A DNA stretch of 56,882 nt from Methanobacteriota archaeon (GTDB lineage: Archaea; Thermoplasmatota; Thermoplasmata; RBG-16-68-12), in contig VBML01000026.1 in assembly GCA_005878915.1 (NCBI GenBank), positions 1 through 56,882 of the forward strand, given 5' to 3'. Both the position numbers and the translations under genes were made by a program. Each line of letters begins with the position of its first letter. Within the stretch, counting starts at the first letter, position 1. This document shows, in pieces, positions 52,847 through 56,882 of this stretch. The notes beneath the pieces were generated by a model. It was given only the letters and a program-made list of their open reading frames with translations. It searched no databases and was not told where the DNA came from.

Positions 52847-53992
52847 CTAGGAGCGACCACGCCGCCGCCGGGCGTCAACCTGCCGTTCTTTCTCCTTGAG
52901 AACCTGGTTCTCGAGGATCTCCATCAAGCCGCCCATGGCCTCGACCAAGTCCCAATCGAAGTGTTTCACATAGTACATGCCATGCGCCGTCGTGAATCGG
53001 GCGTGAAGGGATTGTTTCTGCCGATCCCCCTCTCCCTTGTACGTCTGCACGTGGACCGAGAGGGTTCGCGGGGTCACGATGTTCGCGAGCTTCTTCATCG
53101 ACTTTCGGATGACATCGTACAGCGCCTCGTAGACCTCCGACTGCTCCTCGAGCCCGCTGATTTGGACGAGGAGCTCCTCTCGTTCCCGGAGGCCCGCGAG
53201 GAGCTCGGCGAGGTCGAGCTTCGTCAAGATCCCGATGGGCTCCCCCCGCTCCACGACGATCACGCTGGAGATGTCGTGCTTCACCATCAGCCGGGCGGAC
53301 TCCGCAACCGTCGCATTCGGTCCGACGGTGACGACGGGGTATCGCATCGCGCCCTTCAGCTGCAGGGCGGAACGGGTCTTCTCGCCCGACACCTCACCCG
53401 CGTGCGCACCCCTCTTTGGCTGGGCGAACGCGTCCTGCAGATCTCGCACCCCGACAACCCCGATCAGGCGTCCGTTACGATCGAGGACCGGCAGCGACCG
53501 CTCCCCCAACCCTTGCATGGTGCGGATTGCATGCTCCACGGAGTCCTCTTCGGAAACCGTCTGCGGCGACGGCGTCATGACGTCTCGGACCTTCACGTCG
53601 GCGAACTCGTCGACGTCTGCGATCGCCCTCGTGAGGTCTGTTCGGCTCACGATCCCGACGAGCTTCTTTCGCTCGAGCACGGGGAATGCGCGGAAGCCGC
53701 CCTGGATCATTTTCTCCGCCGCCGTTGGCAGGTCATCGTCCGGGGTCACTTCCGGGACCGATTGCAAGAGGGTGGCGACGCTCGTCGTCGGCGGGAGGCC
53801 CCGCCGCCGCATGATGCCGGACAGCGTTACGAGGCCCTCGACGGTCTTCCCTCGGACGACAGGGAGCTCGTGGACCCCGTGCTTCTTCATCTTCCCGAGG
53901 GCCTCCCCCACGGTATCGTCGGGCCCCACGGTCACCGGCTCCTTCGACATCACGTCCCGGACCTGGAGGTCCTGAAGTTTGGAACGGCGCAT
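52847..53992 (-). CDS. Four-CBS-domain protein with C-terminal HPF/RaiA-like domain
   Basis: ATG 53992 gives MRRSKLQDLQVRDVM... Four CBS units (VRDVMSKEPVTV.., TLLQSVPEVTP.., VRDVMTPSPQTV.., AMRYPVVTVGP..). A ~100-aa tail has a beta-alpha-beta-beta-beta-alpha pattern (LLVQISGLEEQSEVYEALYDVIRKSMKKL...LSVHVQTYKG...SLHARFTT..GMYYVKHFDWDLVEAMGGLMEILENQVLKEKER). Confidence 0.8.
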   Translation of the reverse strand: MRRSKLQDLQVRDVMSKEPVTVGPDDTVGEALGKMKKHGVHELPVVRGKTVEGLVTLSGIMRRRGLPPTTSVATLLQSVPEVTPDDDLPTAAEKMIQGGFRAFPVLERKKLVGIVSRTDLTRAIADVDEFADVKVRDVMTPSPQTVSEEDSVEHAIRTMQGLGERSLPVLDRNGRLIGVVGVRDLQDAFAQPKRGAHAGEVSGEKTRSALQLKGAMRYPVVTVGPNATVAESARLMVKHDISSVIVVERGEPIGILTKLDLAELLAGLREREELLVQISGLEEQSEVYEALYDVIRKSMKKLANIVTPRTLSVHVQTYKGEGDRQKQSLHARFTTAHGMYYVKHFDWDLVEAMGGLMEILENQVLKEKERQVDARRRRGRS

Positions 53993-54032
53993 GCGGGAGC
54001 ACCCTTGGGGGGCACGTGGCAAGCTCCGAACA

Positions 54033-54042
54033 CTATTTAATG
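54033..54042. promoter_or_regulatory. Shared TATA-like box between the divergent CBS-HPF-like gene and acyP
   Basis: CTATTTAATG is the only AT-rich element in the 75-nt divergent spacer. It lies about 30 nt from the acyP ATG and about 45 nt from the CBS gene ATG. Confidence 0.5.
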
Positions 54043-54067
54043 TTCCTTCCCGCCTCGCGCCTCGCCG

Positions 54068-54343
54068 ATGCTCGCGCGGGCCCGCGTCGTATTTCGAGGT
54101 CGCGTGCAAGGAGTGTACTTCCGCGCGAACTGCCAGCAGAAGGCGCAGGAGCTCAGCCTTCGCGGATTTGTCCGGAACCTCCGGGACGGAATGGTCGAGG
54201 CCGTGTTCGAAGGGGAAAAGGCCGCGGTCGCCGAGTGCATCGAGTGGAATTCGACCCGTCAGCCGTACGCGCAGGTCGACCGCGCCGATGTGACGTGGGA
54301 GCCGCCGACCGGGGAATTCGTGGATTTCGAGGTACGACATTGA
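54068..54343 (+). CDS. acyP: Acylphosphatase
   Basis: 91 aa: VVFRGRVQGVYFR......A.ELSLRGFVRNL.DG.VEAVFEG, the acylphosphatase signature. The TATA box lies about 30 nt upstream (leaderless). Confidence 0.9.
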   Translation: MLARARVVFRGRVQGVYFRANCQQKAQELSLRGFVRNLRDGMVEAVFEGEKAAVAECIEWNSTRQPYAQVDRADVTWEPPTGEFVDFEVRH

Positions 54344-54384
54344 GTGGAGGGTCGCTGGGAAAGATTCAGACCGGCCCGCTCGCG

Positions 54385-55218
54385 CTACTCGATTTTGATG
54401 CCATACGTCCGCTCGGGAAGCTCCTTGTGGATTTCATTCGCTTGGGCCTCCGACATCACCCCTCGCTGCATCCACAGCCTCGTCTTCCTCGGCACCGTGG
54501 CAGGACCGAGGACCGCTCCCGGACGTCGAGGATCGTCGATGTAGTCGGTCTCCAAGAAGAACCGCGAGCCGCCCGTTAGGGCCTCGCGGACGAGGTCTTC
54601 CTTTGCGAGGATCGACGGCACGATCCCGTGGTTGTCTTCGCGGCGGGTCAGCGGCGTCGAGTGGTGTTTCACCACCCGCTCCCGCGGGAGGCGCACGCGG
54701 TCCGCCAACCGTGCGAACTCCGCGAACGTCTCGCGGGTCGGATCCTCCGTGTGGAGCACGACGGCACACCCGCAGTCCGTTGCCGCCTCGAGCGCATGGA
54801 TCAGGATGTCGTTCGACGCATCTCGGACTTCCTCGTCGACCGAAAAGTGAGGACGCCCCACTTCCCCCAGGGCAACGGCCTCGCCGGCCGCGATGCGGCG
54901 GATCGCGAGATCGATTCCCCGTTTCAGAATTCGAACGGCCTCCGCCAACCCCACGGCCGCGCGCAACGGAAGGAGGTCCACCGGGTAGGGCCCCAGCGCG
55001 ACGAACACCTTCACCTGCGTTGCTGCACGAACATTGCGGGCCATCGAGAGCGTGCGATCATACGCGACCTCGTAATCCTCCGCGCGGTGGATGGGAACGT
55101 CATCGTACGGCGAGTGGGTGAGCATCAGGGCGGTCCCGCCCGCCCGTTCGAACTGCTTCGCGGCCTCCACGCCCAGGGCTGATGGCCGCAGGTGGAAGTG
55201 GTTGTCGAAGATCGACAT
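54385..55218 (-). CDS. TatD-related metal-dependent hydrolase
   Basis: MSIFDNHFHL (the HxH metal motif at the N-terminus), later VVLHTED and ETDY patterns. 277 aa. Confidence 0.8.
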   Translation of the reverse strand: MSIFDNHFHLRPSALGVEAAKQFERAGGTALMLTHSPYDDVPIHRAEDYEVAYDRTLSMARNVRAATQVKVFVALGPYPVDLLPLRAAVGLAEAVRILKRGIDLAIRRIAAGEAVALGEVGRPHFSVDEEVRDASNDILIHALEAATDCGCAVVLHTEDPTRETFAEFARLADRVRLPRERVVKHHSTPLTRREDNHGIVPSILAKEDLVREALTGGSRFFLETDYIDDPRRPGAVLGPATVPRKTRLWMQRGVMSEAQANEIHKELPERTYGIKIE

Positions 55219-55244
55219 CCGCGCCCACCATCGCGCCCCGCCTT

Positions 55245-55261
55245 AGAAGGGCTGCCCTTCT
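55245..55261. promoter_or_regulatory. Perfect palindrome AGAAGGGC-T-GCCCTTCT in the tatD / KaiC-like-2 divergent spacer
   Basis: 8-bp arms with a 1-nt centre, 27 nt upstream of the tatD ATG. It has the geometry of an operator site. Confidence 0.35.
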
Positions 55262-55357
55262 CCCATCGATGGCGAACCTCGTCCCTTCGGCGAAAATACT
55301 CGATGATAATGACCGCGAAACGGTCTTATCCCTTCAGCCCCAGCCCCGGCTTGTCTC

Positions 55358-56056
55358 ATGGCCGCGATCCCGACATACGTCGCCGGCTTGGACGCGGCGC
55401 TCGGTGGGGGCGTCCCGGAGGGCAACGCCGTCCTCGTTGCGGGCGGGCCCGGGACGATGAAATCCACGTTCGCGTACAGCGTGCTCCACCGGAACGCCGC
55501 GAAGGGCATCCCGGGTCTGTTCGTGAGCCTCGAACAGCCCTCGACGGAGGTCGTGGAGAAGATGGCCCTCCTGGGAATGGCCCCCCTGCCCGAGGATCAG
55601 CTGTACGTCATGGACACGGCCCACCTCCGGCTCGCGTTCCGGGAGAAGGAGCGGGGGAAGGACTGGATCAAGATCCTTTCGGACCTCTTCCAGGAGGCGG
55701 TCCACGCGGGCGGGTACCGTCTATTCGCGTTGGACTCCCTCGAAGTCCTGTACGCGATCGTCGCATTCGCCGATGTCCGGCGGGAGCTGTTCCACTTCGT
55801 CTGGATGCTGAAGGACCTCGGATTCACGCCGTTCCTCGTCACGGAGATGCCCCTCGGCACCCCGGCGCGGGACCCGCGCCCCGAGGGGTTCCTCGCGGAT
55901 GGGATCATCCTGCTCGAGCAGTTCCCCGTCGGGACGATGGAGGTCCAGCTCCGGGTCCGGTGCGTGAAAATGAGGGGAGCCCACCACGATCGCGGGTACC
56001 TGCTGCTCGACTGGGACGGCGGGAAGTTCATCGCGACGAAGGCAGTCGTGCAGTAG
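55358..56056 (+). CDS. Single-domain KaiC/RecA-superfamily protein, paralog 2, same GTMKS P-loop
   Basis: GLDAALGGGVPEGNAVLVAGGPGTMKSTFAY, LFVSLEQ, LFALDSL, RCVKMRGAHH. Confidence 0.85.
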   Translation: MAAIPTYVAGLDAALGGGVPEGNAVLVAGGPGTMKSTFAYSVLHRNAAKGIPGLFVSLEQPSTEVVEKMALLGMAPLPEDQLYVMDTAHLRLAFREKERGKDWIKILSDLFQEAVHAGGYRLFALDSLEVLYAIVAFADVRRELFHFVWMLKDLGFTPFLVTEMPLGTPARDPRPEGFLADGIILLEQFPVGTMEVQLRVRCVKMRGAHHDRGYLLLDWDGGKFIATKAVVQ

Positions 56057-56061
56057 CGCCT

Positions 56062-56610
56062 TCAGCGGAGGAGTCCGGCGGCCTTCAGCTCCTGCGTGAT
56101 CTTCTCCACGGCTTCCTCGACGTCGGAGGGCTTCCGCGCCCCCGTGCAGACGAGCTTCCCGCTGCCGAAGAGGAGGACGACGACCTTCGGGACGTCGATC
56201 CGATACACGAGGCCAGGGAACTGCTCCGGCTCGTACTCGACCTTCTCGAGGCCGAGGGAGATCGCGATCGCGTTCAGGTTGATCTCCGTGCCGAGGTCGG
56301 AGGAGGCAACGATGTTCTGGACCTCGATCACCGGGTTCTTCTTGATTGGAATCCCCGCCGCCTCGATCTGTTTCGCGACCAGGTCGATGGCCGTCTTGAC
56401 GTGCTCGAGGCTCTTCGCGCCCGTGCAGACGACCTTGCCGCTGCGGAACAGGAGGGTCGCTGTCTTTGGCTCTTTCAGCCGGTAGATGAGGCCGGGGAAC
56501 TGCTCCGGCTCGTACTCGGCGCCGCCGAGGGCGAGCGCAATCGCTTGCAGGTCGAGTTCCCCGCCCAGGGAGGTCGAGGCGACGACGTTCTCTATCTTGA
56601 TTTTGGCCAT
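56062..56610 (-). CDS. tbp: TATA-box binding protein
   Basis: ATG 56610 gives MAKIKIENVVASTSLGGELDL..., two direct repeats (EYEPEQFPGLIYR.., EYEPEQFPGLVYR..; LLFRSGKVVCTGAKS / LLFGSGKLVCTGARK). 182 aa. The upstream part of ORF 56062..56874 is non-coding. Confidence 0.95.
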   Translation of the reverse strand: MAKIKIENVVASTSLGGELDLQAIALALGGAEYEPEQFPGLIYRLKEPKTATLLFRSGKVVCTGAKSLEHVKTAIDLVAKQIEAAGIPIKKNPVIEVQNIVASSDLGTEINLNAIAISLGLEKVEYEPEQFPGLVYRIDVPKVVVLLFGSGKLVCTGARKPSDVEEAVEKITQELKAAGLLR

Positions 56611-56675
56611 AGGAACAACCACCGCGGTCCTGCGGAGGCCCGAGCGTTCTCCCCAGCCCCCGGGGGAGCGTCCCA

Positions 56676-56696
56676 ATTTAAATACCCATTTAAATA
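56676..56696 (-). promoter_or_regulatory. Tandem TATA-like boxes upstream of tbp
   Basis: ATTTAAATA occurs twice, 12 nt apart (56676-56684 and 56688-56696), in otherwise GC-rich DNA, 66-86 nt upstream of the tbp ATG. Confidence 0.5.
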
Positions 56697-56882
56697 GGTA
56701 TCGACCCCGCCCCGTCACGAGCGGGCGGACGCCTCCCCCGCTGGTCAAGAATCCGACCGGCTCCGGCGATCTCCAGCGCAGCCTACCGGCACCCCACCGT
56801 GGACCCCCGGTGCCTCTGCGGTACCACGCTCCTCCTCCACCGGGCATGGTGCGATCCGCGGCTTCGCGGTGCACCGCGTCTT

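Noticed and set aside
56735-56810. tRNA-like fold on the minus strand beyond the tbp promoter: GGTC..GACC D-arm-like and GCGGG..TCCGC anticodon-arm-like stems.
   Set aside because: The would-be anticodon loop lacks U33. There is no GTTCRANYC T-loop and no matching acceptor stem, so this is probably chance pairing in GC-rich DNA.
1-56882. Searched for mobile-element hallmarks (transposase, integrase, tRNA-flanked islands, long terminal repeats) and for inteins or recoding signals in the conserved enzymes.
   Set aside because: No transposase- or integrase-like ORF was seen. DNA ligase, LeuC, LipA and the ABC ATPase have normal lengths and uninterrupted motifs. The only repeat-bounded segments are the ones reported as findings.

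Overview
High-GC (~65%) archaeal chromosomal segment. The archaeal assignment rests on TATA-box binding protein, ribosomal protein eS17, RNase P protein Rpp21, an ATP-dependent DNA ligase, and AT-rich TATA-like boxes about 25-35 nt upstream of many start codons, which suggests mostly leaderless mRNAs. I call about 52 tightly packed protein genes. I recognised no rRNA, tRNA, CRISPR array, transposase or integrase. Main blocks: (1) leuC/leuD/leuB-type genes, split by a retropepsin-like gene and by a 979-aa surface-protein gene. (2) Several very large secreted or anchored proteins (beta-helix, Ig-like, PKD, vWA). Two of them share a ~370-aa C-terminal module I cannot name. (3) A lipoate-dependent 2-oxoacid dehydrogenase supercluster: two E1 alpha copies, E1 beta, E2, E3, lipA, lipB. 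It contains an embedded TPR gene and two apparent frameshifts, and it abuts a fixABCX-type electron-transfer flavoprotein locus with a V4R-domain gene. (4) DNA ligase flanked by two EamA transporters, and hbd flanked by two paralogous anchored proteins. (5) rps17e, an ABC-2 exporter, rnp4, an M24 peptidase and a GNAT. (6) A candidate signalling neighbourhood: a beta-helix receptor with a cytoplasmic DUF835-like tail, a KaiC-like protein with an unusual GTMKS P-loop, a wHTH-STAND-like NTPase and a 1187-aa PKD protein. (7) A 4xCBS protein whose C-terminus looks like a ribosome hibernation factor (HPF/RaiA) domain, then acyP, tatD, a second GTMKS KaiC-like gene, and tbp. The most interesting items are the DUF835/KaiC-like neighbourhood, the CBS-HPF-like fusion, the TPR gene and frame anomalies inside the dehydrogenase operon, and two structured non-coding regions (38.6 kb and 44.2 kb). 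All product calls come from motif recognition by eye. No database search was run.
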